Shown piece after piece: positions 18,234 to 28,031 of a stretch of DNA of 64,000 bases. The position numbers and the translations under genes are program-made. Origin of the DNA: a virus. Taxonomy: Duplodnaviria; Heunggongvirae; Uroviricota; Caudoviricetes. The stretch is from positions 50,816 to 114,815 of the IMG/VR virus record IMGVR_UViG_3300033072_001087, one strand, 5' to 3'. The number at the start of each line of letters is the position of its first letter. Position 1 is the first letter of the stretch. The notes below the pieces were generated by a model. The model worked only from the letters and a program-made list of their open reading frames with translations. It did no database searches and was not told the origin of the DNA.

Positions 18234-19247
18234 ATGAACATCTTCGCGCACACATGGGAACTTGCCGACAGCTATGGAAGGCTTGCCATTGAAACCGCAG
18301 ACGCCATTGAGCGCGTCTGCGGCGTGCAGGTTAATCGGGTCGGCGAACACAAACTTAACAAGCCAATCAAGCCCATGTTTGGCGGGGTTCTGACGGCGTA
18401 TCCGACGCAGTTTTGGAAGTACGGCCCGTTGTCGGAATTTGGAACACGAGTTGCGCTGACGATGTTTGAGTCAGACGCGCTGCCGATGGATTGGATCGAT
18501 CCGTTAAATGGTTGCGATACGGTAATTGTGCCGTCTAAGTGGCTGGTGGACGTATTTAAGTCCAGCGGGGTAACGAAGCCGGTATACGCGGAATCCATCG
18601 GAGTGAGCAGCGCGTTTCGATATGTCAAACGCAAGTCGAGTCCGGTGTTTAAGTTCTTGGCGATCGGCGATCACGCGGGTCGTAAGGGCGTGCATGATGT
18701 CCTATTCGAGTTCGTCCGGGCTTTCGGGGATCGGGATGATGTGCATCTATTCATCAAGACGCGCCACGCAACAATGGCGGGGTTTATGAACAAAAACATC
18801 ACGTTGATCAACGAAGAACTGAACGACGCGGATATGGCACGGCTGTATTGGGAATGTGACTGCATGGTGTTCCCGACGAAAGGTGAAGGGTTCGGGCTTC
18901 CGCCGCGCGAGTTTGCGGCGACCGGTGGAATCGCGCTGGTCACGAATTGGGGCGGCACGGCAGATGACATCGAACGTTGGGGAATACCGTTGCCATACAC
19001 GCTGGAAAGCGCGTGGGCGGGCGGCAAATTCGAAGGTATTGGGCGTTGGGCGCAGGTAGATCGCGTCCATTTGCGCACGCTGATGCAGTGGGTAGCGGCA
19101 ATGCCGTATGCTGCACGAATGGCGCTTGGCGCGGCATACGCTGAGAATGTCGCAGAGATGTACACATGGGATCGGTTCGGCAAGCGCGTTTACGAGATAT
19201 GGAGTGAGGCAAATGCCAACAGCCACACAGTACGCGCGGGTGCGTAG
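18234..19247 (+). CDS. Glycosyltransferase family 1 (GT4-type), second copy.
   Basis: FPTKGEGFGLPPREFAATGGIALVTNWGG is the GT4 C-terminal EX7E-type motif. Starts 3 nt after the capsid gene stop. Confidence 0.65.
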   Translation: MNIFAHTWELADSYGRLAIETADAIERVCGVQVNRVGEHKLNKPIKPMFGGVLTAYPTQFWKYGPLSEFGTRVALTMFESDALPMDWIDPLNGCDTVIVPSKWLVDVFKSSGVTKPVYAESIGVSSAFRYVKRKSSPVFKFLAIGDHAGRKGVHDVLFEFVRAFGDRDDVHLFIKTRHATMAGFMNKNITLINEELNDADMARLYWECDCMVFPTKGEGFGLPPREFAATGGIALVTNWGGTADDIERWGIPLPYTLESAWAGGKFEGIGRWAQVDRVHLRTLMQWVAAMPYAARMALGAAYAENVAEMYTWDRFGKRVYEIWSEANANSHTVRAGA

Positions 19248-19623
19248 CGACCTCAAGTGGAGCGCCTTAACCGACGCGCAGATCGATGATTGGTATGCAC
19301 GCGCCGAAGCGCGTTATGACACGCTCACCGACGCGGTTGAGGCGCAGGTGCGAATTTACGGCGTCCGTGAACTTATCATGGAAGCCGCAAAGAATGTCGA
19401 TTACAAGCAGGGGCAAAGTTCGGAGAGCCTATCGCAGCAGGTAGTGAACCTGTCCAAATACGCGCTGCCGATCTTCAAAAACGACTTGCTTGAAGCGCTT
19501 GAAGCCGGGTATCCGAACGCGATGTGGGGAGCGCTGCGCCGTCCGCGTTCAACTATTGTCGAGTACCCGGAGGATATGTTCGATTATCTGACGGATCCGG
19601 TGTTGTTAACGAGTGTGTCATGA
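19213..19623 (+). CDS. Putative head-tail connector protein.
   Basis: Position in the structural operon. ggagtgagg RBS. Confidence 0.35.
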   Translation: MPTATQYARVRSDLKWSALTDAQIDDWYARAEARYDTLTDAVEAQVRIYGVRELIMEAAKNVDYKQGQSSESLSQQVVNLSKYALPIFKNDLLEALEAGYPNAMWGALRRPRSTIVEYPEDMFDYLTDPVLLTSVS

Positions 19624-19985
19624 GTCTGTCCGACTGGCGTTCTTCAGATGTTACGGCGATTAGCGAAACGGATCGCGCGGTTTCGATCTGGCGCATGATC
19701 TCGCGTAAGCCGACTGTGATTTCAATTCAGCGGCGCGACGGGACTGCAGTAGCGGATCAGACCGTGAGAATCGAGTACGAGCAGCGCCAGATCGAACGCG
19801 GCGGAATGCTGACGACGGCGGAACGAAACAAGACGACGGTGTTTGGAGTGCGTAATCATCCGACGATCGCCGACACGGATATTCAGGAAGGGGATGTGTT
19901 CGCGTATCAGAACGCGGATTATGTGGTGATGTCAATCTCGTGGTATTCCGGCGAGGTACAGGCGCTATGCGAACAAAGGAACTAG
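19620..19985 (+). CDS. Putative head closure / head-tail adaptor protein.
   Basis: Position in the operon. ATGA overlap with the upstream gene. Confidence 0.35.
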   Translation: MSLSDWRSSDVTAISETDRAVSIWRMISRKPTVISIQRRDGTAVADQTVRIEYEQRQIERGGMLTTAERNKTTVFGVRNHPTIADTDIQEGDVFAYQNADYVVMSISWYSGEVQALCEQRN

Positions 19986-20407
19986 TTTCCATCAAGTGGA
20001 AGTTCAAAGGGGGTAACAAATATTCTACCAGACTGAGTTCTGCGTTGAGGTTCTATGATTACGACGATCTTTTTCACAATACAGTGGAAAGCATACTCAC
20101 ACGGGCTGCGGATGATATTACGGATTGGATGAAAGCAAACGCGCCGTGGACCGATCGCACAGGAAAAGCGCGCGCTTCGTTGAAAGCGCAAATGGGTGAC
20201 TTTTGGCTTGCAGGAACAGATTACGAGTCGAACTACAAGAGTTCGACGCAAGTAATCATCGGTTATGTTGCCACCGCAGATCCGGTATGGTACGCGTGGT
20301 ATCTGGAAACTATACAGGCTGGTAAGTGGGCAATTGTTGGTCCTGCGTTGGATGAATGGGGTCCAATTATTTGGCAGCGCGTGAAGACTGCATTGGGGAT
20401 GCTCTGA
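19967..20407 (+). CDS. HK97 gp10-family tail-component protein.
   Basis: APWTDRTGKARASL matches the TG.LR.S motif of the HK97 gp10 family. Confidence 0.5.
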   Translation: MRTKELVSIKWKFKGGNKYSTRLSSALRFYDYDDLFHNTVESILTRAADDITDWMKANAPWTDRTGKARASLKAQMGDFWLAGTDYESNYKSSTQVIIGYVATADPVWYAWYLETIQAGKWAIVGPALDEWGPIIWQRVKTALGML

Positions 20408-20414
20408 GGCGAAC

Positions 20415-20858
20415 ATGAGTCTTGAAAATAATGTCAGGGATTTTTTAAAAAGTGATGCAACGTTGGTTGCGCTGCTCACAGGCGGTATCTATTCATTCAG
20501 CGATGATGCCAAAACTAATGGTATCAATCGAAATGATACGCCGGGAGCGTATGGCACGAGTGGGCTAAAGCCGTGTGCGGTTGTGAAGTGTCCACAAGAG
20601 CGTATTTGGGGCGGAATTAACGACGGCAAAGTTCATTCACGAAGCGCGCGTTGCGAAATATATCTTTACGACGACGGCAAGCGCAAACGAGACGATGCGA
20701 TCGAAGCGGCCAAGACGAGACTGGAAGCCATTTTCGACGCTGAGTTTCATACCACTATCGGGCATAGCCGATTGCTTGGCTATGTGGAGGGGCGAGACAT
20801 AGAAATGTTGAACGCGCTTTTTTCACGCGCGGACTTTCAAATAGTAGGAGTAAGGTAA
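20415..20858 (+). CDS. Putative tail completion/terminator protein (DUF3168-like).
   Basis: Position plus an N-terminal ATLVALLTGGIY-type segment. Confidence 0.35.
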   Translation: MSLENNVRDFLKSDATLVALLTGGIYSFSDDAKTNGINRNDTPGAYGTSGLKPCAVVKCPQERIWGGINDGKVHSRSARCEIYLYDDGKRKRDDAIEAAKTRLEAIFDAEFHTTIGHSRLLGYVEGRDIEMLNALFSRADFQIVGVR

Positions 20859-21440
20859 ATGGCTAACATTTTTGGATTTGGCGGTCCACAGTACGACGTA
20901 GACGATGTGAAGATCGCTGTCAACAATGGCGATGGCACGTTCGGCCCACTTGTCGATGTCCCTTCGGTTGACTTGTTCCAAGTCGGTATTCGTATGAAGT
21001 CGGCAGAAATGCGCGGCGATGCCAGAATCACGGCGGTCGCGTCGCAAATCGAAGCGGTCGAGTTCCAGATGCGCATGGGTTCGTTCGGGCTGGATGTTTA
21101 CGAGATTTTGTTCGGCGTATCGAACAGTGAATCTGGAACGACGCCGGATCGCTACAAGGAGATCGAGCTTGGCGCTGGCACCAGAATGCCGTACTTCGCG
21201 ATTGTCGGACGTTCGTTGGCGGGTGAAACGAGCGGTGGCACGATGATCTTTGTGCCTTACGTCAAGATCATGCAGACGGTATCGGTGCGCGTTGAGTACA
21301 ACTCGTTCTCGATGCCAGAAGTGACGGCACTTGCACTTGGAGATCCGGTCTTGGAAGATAACTCCAGTAGACCGCTGGTGCTGAAGATCAAGGAATACGA
21401 AACGCTGCCTGCGATCACGATCCCGCTGCCGGGTGGTTGA
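20859..21440 (+). CDS. Putative major tail protein.
   Basis: 193-aa ORF directly upstream of the chaperone pair and tape measure. Confidence 0.5.
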   Translation: MANIFGFGGPQYDVDDVKIAVNNGDGTFGPLVDVPSVDLFQVGIRMKSAEMRGDARITAVASQIEAVEFQMRMGSFGLDVYEILFGVSNSESGTTPDRYKEIELGAGTRMPYFAIVGRSLAGETSGGTMIFVPYVKIMQTVSVRVEYNSFSMPEVTALALGDPVLEDNSSRPLVLKIKEYETLPAITIPLPGG

Positions 21441-21473
21441 TCATCAAATTGACGAATGGAGTAGGGAGTTAAC

Positions 21474-22019
21474 ATGGCTGAACACACGTATACGATTGAC
21501 GGAAAATGGCGGCTTGGGTGGGAGTTCAAACTCCCATCCGAGAACGTGGTGTTAATTCGCCCATTGGACGTGGCGCAGTTGCTTAAAAAACGTAAGACAC
21601 TGCCGCAAAATCTGATGCTGGTGGTTGAGCGGCTGTTCGACAACAAGCCGGTGGCTGAGAACGAGGATGAGGCAAATCAGATGGCGGCGGATGCGCTTGA
21701 GGGCATTGACCGCTTTGATCTGATGACGCACGACCGGCAGTATTGCGAGGCGCTGACATCGCTCATGTGGGTGTATCCGCGTATTGGCGAAGAAACGGAT
21801 TTGGAAAAGGGGGTGATCGCTCTCGATGACGTTCCGCTCGACGACTTGCGTTTTACGAGAGATCTCGCGTTCAAGACAGTGCAGGAGCTTCGATTTCTCT
21901 CTGACCAGCAAAGCAGTGGTGTGGAACTTGTACTCGGTCGCCAAAGCCAGCAATCGCCCGCCGTCACAGGTGATCAACCTGACGGAGACGGCGCGACATC
22001 TGACGGGGATGGATCGTGA
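21474..22019 (+). CDS. Tail assembly chaperone.
   Basis: Acidic 181-aa protein immediately upstream of the tape measure, overlapped by a second ORF in another frame. Confidence 0.45.
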   Translation: MAEHTYTIDGKWRLGWEFKLPSENVVLIRPLDVAQLLKKRKTLPQNLMLVVERLFDNKPVAENEDEANQMAADALEGIDRFDLMTHDRQYCEALTSLMWVYPRIGEETDLEKGVIALDDVPLDDLRFTRDLAFKTVQELRFLSDQQSSGVELVLGRQSQQSPAVTGDQPDGDGATSDGDGS

Positions 22020-22242
22020 CGATTTAGCCGCGTATCTGTTTGACGAGGCGGTATTGTGGTTTGGCTCTAAAATTGAAGCCAAACTCCACGTTCTCGACAA
22101 GAAGGGGAATCCAGTGTACAAGCTGGAATACCTACTGGCAGAACGCAAAATAAATCCGACCGCAAGAGAGGTTAAACAAGCGTTTGCGCAAGCATCCGGT
22201 GTAGGGGCAAACGGGTTCTTAAGCGGTGTCGAAATAGGCTAA
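21826..22242 (+). CDS. Overlapping out-of-frame ORF, a candidate frameshift extension of the tail chaperone.
   Basis: The ORF overlaps the chaperone's 3' end in the +1 frame, conserving the G/GT architecture. No slippery heptamer identified. Confidence 0.3.
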   Translation: MTFRSTTCVLREISRSRQCRSFDFSLTSKAVVWNLYSVAKASNRPPSQVINLTETARHLTGMDRDDLAAYLFDEAVLWFGSKIEAKLHVLDKKGNPVYKLEYLLAERKINPTAREVKQAFAQASGVGANGFLSGVEIG

Positions 22243-22244
22243 AT

Positions 22245-22267
22245 GAGGGCGATCATTGATCGCCCTC
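22245..22267 (+). promoter_or_regulatory. Stem-loop (10-bp stem gagggcgatc/gatcgccctc) between the chaperone ORFs and the tape measure.
   Basis: Inverted repeat read from the sequence, followed by ttcgtgtt. Confidence 0.4.
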
Positions 22268-22314
22268 TTCGTGTTATACTTAAGCCGTAAACTATTTAAA
22301 TTAAGGCGACAACT

Positions 22315-25300
22315 GTGGAGTTTAGAAGCGGGTATAACTTAGGCAGCGCGACCGCCGAAATTCGGGTTGATACGTCACAATTGACAACCGCGTTGTATCG
22401 CGCCCGTGACGCCGCAGACGACATTCAAGCGGCATTGACGCGTGTTGTTGCGTCGATTAACCAGCTGTACGCTGCTGGAGATACCGGCATGGCGGAATCG
22501 CTGCAAGCGCAAACCCAAGCGCTGAAGGCGATGACCGAGCAAATTAAAGCAGCGAACGCGGCCACAAAGCAAGCACAGGCGCAAGAACACAAAGAGCGCA
22601 TGGCGATGCTCGCCAATGAGTCGATGATGCTTGAGGCTGTCCACAAGCTGCAGATGGACAACATTCGAGAGGAAAGCTCGGCGTACAGTAGTCTCGCTAA
22701 AGCAATTACGTCGGCGCGGCGTCAGGCTGAAAACCGAGATAAAGTTCCGGCTTCGCTGCAGCGGGATCGCACAAACGCACAAGCCGAGTCGCGGCTTACC
22801 GCACTCAGAAATCAACTAGAGAAATACAACTCCGCTTTCATTGAAATGGCGCGTATTGAAGCGCAAATCGGGCAAACGTCAAATCAAAGAACAAAACAAA
22901 AGCTAGAGCAACAGCTTCAGGCGTACAAAGATTTTACCCAAAAGTTCGAGGCTGAAGTTCGGACGATTAACGCGCTGCGTTCGCAAATTAACAAAGATGC
23001 AGTTGGGTATGACTTATTAACCAGTAGGGAAAGAACTCGACTTAGAAAAGACATCTCTGTTGACAAAGCGGCTAGCGATATTGGGTTATCTACTGGCGAT
23101 CAAAGATTTAACACGCTAAGAGATGCGGAGTTCAAGAAGCAAGCTGCAGAACAAAAAGCAGCCATAGAGGAAATTGCAAGGATTAAGAAGGAAGCTGCCG
23201 CAGAGCGTGAGCGAATCGATACTAGTATTGCGCAAAACGCGAAAAAATCCGCTGCTGAACAACTTGCCGCTGATAAAGCTGCCGCCAAAGAGAAAGAGCG
23301 CGTTGAAAACGAGAAAGCTGCAATTAAGGCAAAAGTCCTAAAAGAAATTAGTGATTTTGAGCATTCCGCCCGCGTTGCTCAATTATCGGCGGATAAGTCC
23401 GCAGAAAAAGAAAGAGAGCGTATTGATAAAGAGCGGCTTGCAACCAGAAAGAAAGTCCTGAATGAAATAAGCGATTTTGAGGAATCTGTACGGGATGCAC
23501 AAAGACAAAAAGATGCGGAAACACGGAAGTTTCAAGGCCAAGAGTCTGTTGATAAAGATAAGCGCGCAGAGCGTTTTGTAAACACTTTACATAAAGAGCG
23601 ACAGCTACAGGACAAGGAGCAGGTTGAAAGCCAAAGAGCTATCGCCAAACTCAAAGCCGATATTGCCGCCAAATCTGCCGCTGACGCCGAAGCCGCATTG
23701 AGGAGGGAAATCGCTGCTGAGAAAGAAGCGAATAAAGAGCGCGCCGCTGCTCTCAGAAAGGCAAATGCTGACAAAAAGGCACAACTCGCGGAGGAAAAGA
23801 GACTCGCGGCTGAAAGCAAGTCTGTTGCCGAATCAAAAGTTGCTAACGCCACAAGATCCGTAGACGACGCGATGCGACGCGCTCGCGCATCCATGCGCAT
23901 GAGCGGCGAACAAATCTCGATCACGCGTTCCTACGATCGCGAATCACCGGATATTTCACAAGACACATCGCGGCTTATTCAGCTTAAAGCACGCCTGTCG
24001 GAATTGGATGCAGAAGCGATTGCGCTCAAACAACAGTTGCGCGCCGCGTTTGATGATCCGGCAACGCTCGATCAGCTCATTACCAAGATGAATGCGTTGC
24101 AAGCGGAAATCGACCAAACAACCAAAGACTCGCAACAAATGTACACCGCCATCAAGGGGCGCAACGATGCACTGATGGCGCGTAGTACTGTGTCTACCGA
24201 TTCTGATAAGCCGGTGATTGTTTCGCCGCTTGTCAAGCGTGAGGCGACGCGCGCGGCTATCGGCGAAGTCAATGCAACGATCAAGGAACTGCAGGCGCGA
24301 TTCAAAGCTGCGCGCGTCGGGCTGCCCATCACTGTCGATACGACACAGATGGAACGCTCGCTTGAAGACGCGATGGTGCCAATCCGCCAACTGCAATCCG
24401 CCTTTGCTGAACTCAAGCGTCAATTCAAAGACCTGACAAACGATCCCGAAGCACAGGGGCTTTTGATCCATCAATTTGAAGCGCTGGAAGCCGAAGCCCT
24501 ACGCCTGAAAGGGCAGATGGGTGCGCTGGATAACAGCATGGATCGCTTCGAGGCTTCGGCGCGGCGCGCAACCACCGGCGTACGGGGGTATTTCAACAAC
24601 CTACGCATCGAACTAGAGCGCATCAACCAAACATCGATCGGCGCAAATGTTCAACAGCTTGGGTATCAGTTGTTCCCGGCCGGGCTTGTCGCGACTGCGG
24701 GGGTTGCGCGTGGCGTCCAGACAGCGCAGACGCTTGAGGAAACCGAGATCGCGTTTCGCGGGATTGTCGGCGACCAAAAAGAGGCGTTGGCGCTCATGGA
24801 GTCGTTGGCGGACGAAGCGCGACGCTTTGGGCTGCCGGTTATTTCATCGGTGCCTGAATTTGCCAAGCTGCTGCCCATTGTCAGGAACTTGGGCTACGAC
24901 ATGGAGCAGTTTGTCGGTTTAGCCGCTAGACTGGCAACATTGAACCCGGCACAGGGGCTTGAAGGCGCTGTGCGCGCGATTTCGGAATTGGCGTCCGGCT
25001 CCGGTAATGACTTTGTTTCGATCGCGGAACGATTCAATATCGCGCGTTCCGCTTTGCGTCAGGCGATGGAAGAAACCGGACGCAACGTCCCTGAAGCGTT
25101 GGATCGCGTGCTGACCGCCTACGGACGCACCAACGAAGTGGCACTCGAATTTGGAGCCACCAGCCGCGCGTCGATGAACCGCGCGCGCGATGCGGTCGAT
25201 CAATTCCTTGCGGAATCGATGGAACCGCTGTTGGAAGCGTTCGTGCCGCTGTTGGAAAATGCGACCGGGTTGTTTAATGCGATTAACGAAGGCGGGGGCT

Positions 25301-27624
25301 TCCTACAGGGCTTTACTGGAATTGCGATGGCTGCAACCGCTGGCGCGGTGACACTAACCATCGCGCTGGGTCAGCTTATCATCGCGCTGGAAGCGATCAA
25401 GGCGGTCGGAACGGCGGGACTGTTATCTGCACTTGCCTCACCGGTTGGGTTGGCGATTGGCGGTGGGATTGCAGCGATCGCAGGTATTGTTGCGCTGAGT
25501 TCGGCGATTGATTCTCTAAATCAGGCGTCGCAAAATGCACTTAATCAGTCCATACGCCCGTTTGTTGACGAACTTGAACGCGCTGCTGCTCAACAACCGA
25601 CGACGACGACGGAACCCGTCGCGATGTCGGATGAGGACCGGACATTTGATTTTGGCGGCGTGGTGTCGCGTGGAAGAGAAATAGGCAGACCGCAATTTGA
25701 GGCTTTTGAACTTCCGAATGTCCCATCGCGCTTTACGCCCGAAATCTACACGCGCTTAAACGATGAAATTGAACGTCAATTCCAAATCGCAGCGCGAAAC
25801 TACGGGCGCGCATCACAATATATACGAAGCGAACAACTCGGCGTTCTTGGAAACTTTGCAACAGGGTTGAATGATCCAGCCTTGCGCGCGCAAACGAGAG
25901 GCGGCGAATTGGAGACCGCGCTTAGAGGCATGGTATTGACAGGTTCAGTAACCAGCCAATATGGACGCGGATTGATTGATTTACTAACCAGCAACGAAGA
26001 TATACCTATATCGCCAGAGCTGCTTCAAAATGTTCCGGTCGAAGAACTTCAAGCTATTTTACAAATTCTACCGGGCGTTAATCAAGAATACATCGCGCAA
26101 CTTCAGGCGACAATCGATCTGCAGCGGCAAGCAAATGAGGTTTGGGGTCAAAATGTTGACGCGGTAAATGAATCAAGAGAAGCGTTGCAAGCCGCATCAG
26201 AAGCCTATCGGCAGATAGCACAATCCGCACAGCTTCAGAGCGACGCTCTTGACGCCATTTACGCCGGTGCCGCTACGCGAGTTGGCGCAATGCTTAACGA
26301 AATACCGGGAGGCATTAGTCAAGAGACTCGCACCGGCATTTTGCAAGGGGTTTATGGCGCTAAACCGCAAGACCTTGCGGCGCTTGAAGAGGCGCTGCAA
26401 AGCTACGCCGATATGTACACCGACTTCATGCTGGACTCTATTCGCACCGCTGAAGACCGTGCGCGTTCGCAACTGCTAGAAATGGAAGACTTCTCGATTG
26501 GGCGGCTTCGTGCGCTAAATGATTTCGCGAGGGATGCACAGCGTGCGGAAGAGGATTATCAACGTTCGCGCCAACAGGCAATTGATGATTATTACGAACA
26601 AGAAGCAAAGGCGCAGGAGGAATACGAAAAGCAGGTCGCTGAAATCAATGGTAACTACGAAGAAGAGCGGCTGAAAGCGCTTGAAAATCATCTCATCGAC
26701 ATGCAGCGGATAGCGGCGGATGTCGATGAATCGATTGCGGCGCGTGATTTCCTTGCGGCGCAAAAACAGATTCGCTCGATGCGTGAACGTCAAGAGGACT
26801 TTGATCGCGAACAGGCGGAACGCAAAGAAGATCTCGATAAGCAGCTCGAAGATCTGATAGACAATCTTGAGGAACAACGCGCCGAACGCGAAAAGTCCTT
26901 CCGTGAACAGATGGCTGATACTGAGGCGCAGTACCGCCTACAGCGTCAACGCGCCGAAGAAGACTTCCGCCTATCGCTGCAGCGCGAGGACGAGGATCGC
27001 GCGCTGCGCCTACGTCGTCAGCAAGAGGAATACAATATTGTTGATCGGCGACGCGTTGAAGACTTTAATCGTCAAGTCGAACAGCTAATCGCGCACAATG
27101 AGGTCATGCGCTTTAATCAAGACTATTGGTTTGGTATTCTCGAAATGGATTATGGCGAACACATGGCGCGAATTCACGCGATGATGTCTCCAGCGGATTA
27201 TGTGGGATATGGCGGCGCAGCAGGGGGAATGGGCGGCACTGGTGGGCTGCCAGCGGATGTGTATCAAGCGCTGATTGACTTTTACAACTCCGCAGACCCG
27301 AATGCTGGCGCAGCGCGTCCGGGCGGCTGGATCCCGCAGTACGCGGATGGAGTAGACTTCATTACCAAAGAGGGGTTGGCGTACTTGCATTTTGGCGAAC
27401 GCGTGTCAAAGAGCGCAGACGGAGTTAGAGAGCGCACGGGCGTCATTGGGAACATCCCGAATATGTTTGCGCCAGTAGCGAATGTGAACGTGAAAGTGGA
27501 GTCGGGCGGGAAAATGTCGAAACGCGAAGAAATGGAATATGCGCGCAGACTCTCGAAACAGATCACGAGTGACGTGATGAATGCGTTTAACGGAGTCATT
27601 GATAATACACGGAGATCATCGTGA
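22315..27624 (+). CDS. Tape measure protein (1769 aa).
   Basis: Very long ORF at the TMP position with extensive coiled coil, internal tandem repeats, and hydrophobic Gly/Ala-rich TM-like segments (AMAATAGAVTLTIALGQLIIALEAIKAVGTAGLL). Confidence 0.85.
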   Translation: MEFRSGYNLGSATAEIRVDTSQLTTALYRARDAADDIQAALTRVVASINQLYAAGDTGMAESLQAQTQALKAMTEQIKAANAATKQAQAQEHKERMAMLANESMMLEAVHKLQMDNIREESSAYSSLAKAITSARRQAENRDKVPASLQRDRTNAQAESRLTALRNQLEKYNSAFIEMARIEAQIGQTSNQRTKQKLEQQLQAYKDFTQKFEAEVRTINALRSQINKDAVGYDLLTSRERTRLRKDISVDKAASDIGLSTGDQRFNTLRDAEFKKQAAEQKAAIEEIARIKKEAAAERERIDTSIAQNAKKSAAEQLAADKAAAKEKERVENEKAAIKAKVLKEISDFEHSARVAQLSADKSAEKERERIDKERLATRKKVLNEISDFEESVRDAQRQKDAETRKFQGQESVDKDKRAERFVNTLHKERQLQDKEQVESQRAIAKLKADIAAKSAADAEAALRREIAAEKEANKERAAALRKANADKKAQLAEEKRLAAESKSVAESKVANATRSVDDAMRRARASMRMSGEQISITRSYDRESPDISQDTSRLIQLKARLSELDAEAIALKQQLRAAFDDPATLDQLITKMNALQAEIDQTTKDSQQMYTAIKGRNDALMARSTVSTDSDKPVIVSPLVKREATRAAIGEVNATIKELQARFKAARVGLPITVDTTQMERSLEDAMVPIRQLQSAFAELKRQFKDLTNDPEAQGLLIHQFEALEAEALRLKGQMGALDNSMDRFEASARRATTGVRGYFNNLRIELERINQTSIGANVQQLGYQLFPAGLVATAGVARGVQTAQTLEETEIAFRGIVGDQKEALALMESLADEARRFGLPVISSVPEFAKLLPIVRNLGYDMEQFVGLAARLATLNPAQGLEGAVRAISELASGSGNDFVSIAERFNIARSALRQAMEETGRNVPEALDRVLTAYGRTNEVALEFGATSRASMNRARDAVDQFLAESMEPLLEAFVPLLENATGLFNAINEGGGFLQGFTGIAMAATAGAVTLTIALGQLIIALEAIKAVGTAGLLSALASPVGLAIGGGIAAIAGIVALSSAIDSLNQASQNALNQSIRPFVDELERAAAQQPTTTTEPVAMSDEDRTFDFGGVVSRGREIGRPQFEAFELPNVPSRFTPEIYTRLNDEIERQFQIAARNYGRASQYIRSEQLGVLGNFATGLNDPALRAQTRGGELETALRGMVLTGSVTSQYGRGLIDLLTSNEDIPISPELLQNVPVEELQAILQILPGVNQEYIAQLQATIDLQRQANEVWGQNVDAVNESREALQAASEAYRQIAQSAQLQSDALDAIYAGAATRVGAMLNEIPGGISQETRTGILQGVYGAKPQDLAALEEALQSYADMYTDFMLDSIRTAEDRARSQLLEMEDFSIGRLRALNDFARDAQRAEEDYQRSRQQAIDDYYEQEAKAQEEYEKQVAEINGNYEEERLKALENHLIDMQRIAADVDESIAARDFLAAQKQIRSMRERQEDFDREQAERKEDLDKQLEDLIDNLEEQRAEREKSFREQMADTEAQYRLQRQRAEEDFRLSLQREDEDRALRLRRQQEEYNIVDRRRVEDFNRQVEQLIAHNEVMRFNQDYWFGILEMDYGEHMARIHAMMSPADYVGYGGAAGGMGGTGGLPADVYQALIDFYNSADPNAGAARPGGWIPQYADGVDFITKEGLAYLHFGERVSKSADGVRERTGVIGNIPNMFAPVANVNVKVESGGKMSKREEMEYARRLSKQITSDVMNAFNGVIDNTRRSS

Positions 27625-28031
27625 GTAGTGTGCGAATTGCCAATGGACATGACAACGAAGCGAGTCTTGAGGAACTTCAGGATATTTTTTCAGGCACCGA
27701 TCCGCTGTTGTTTGCGGAATACACGGCGTATGACGCTGTTGAGACGGAATGGCACGACGCCGAAGCCGTCGAAATCGATGGTGATGGTAATCCGAAATTG
27801 ATCGGCTTGCCGTGGTGCGTCTGGAAATTCGGGCGGCTAACCGCTGCCGAAGTTGTGATGCTGAAGACGCTGGGGCCGAACGTAACCATTAATACGTATA
27901 ACAAGTCAGCAGGCGGATATACAGACTTCAACGCAGTCATGGACTATATTGAGGTTGGAGAATTGGATTGGGATATGGGCGGTTATGATGATGTCAATAT
28001 CACATTCCGCCGACTGGAAGAGATTTTCTGA
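27621..28031 (+). CDS. Putative tail protein.
   Basis: Position immediately after the TMP. No motifs. Confidence 0.35.
   Translation: MSSVRIANGHDNEASLEELQDIFSGTDPLLFAEYTAYDAVETEWHDAEAVEIDGDGNPKLIGLPWCVWKFGRLTAAEVVMLKTLGPNVTINTYNKSAGGYTDFNAVMDYIEVGELDWDMGGYDDVNITFRRLEEIF

Noticed and set aside
21900-22019. Canonical -1 slippery heptamer for the G/GT chaperone frameshift
   Set aside because: No XXXYYYZ motif found. The downstream ORF is in the +1 frame.
22375-24474. Several minus-strand ORFs inside the tape-measure gene (22375-22815, 23532-23924, 23956-24474)
   Set aside because: Antisense to a long, strongly supported gene. Low-complexity translations.
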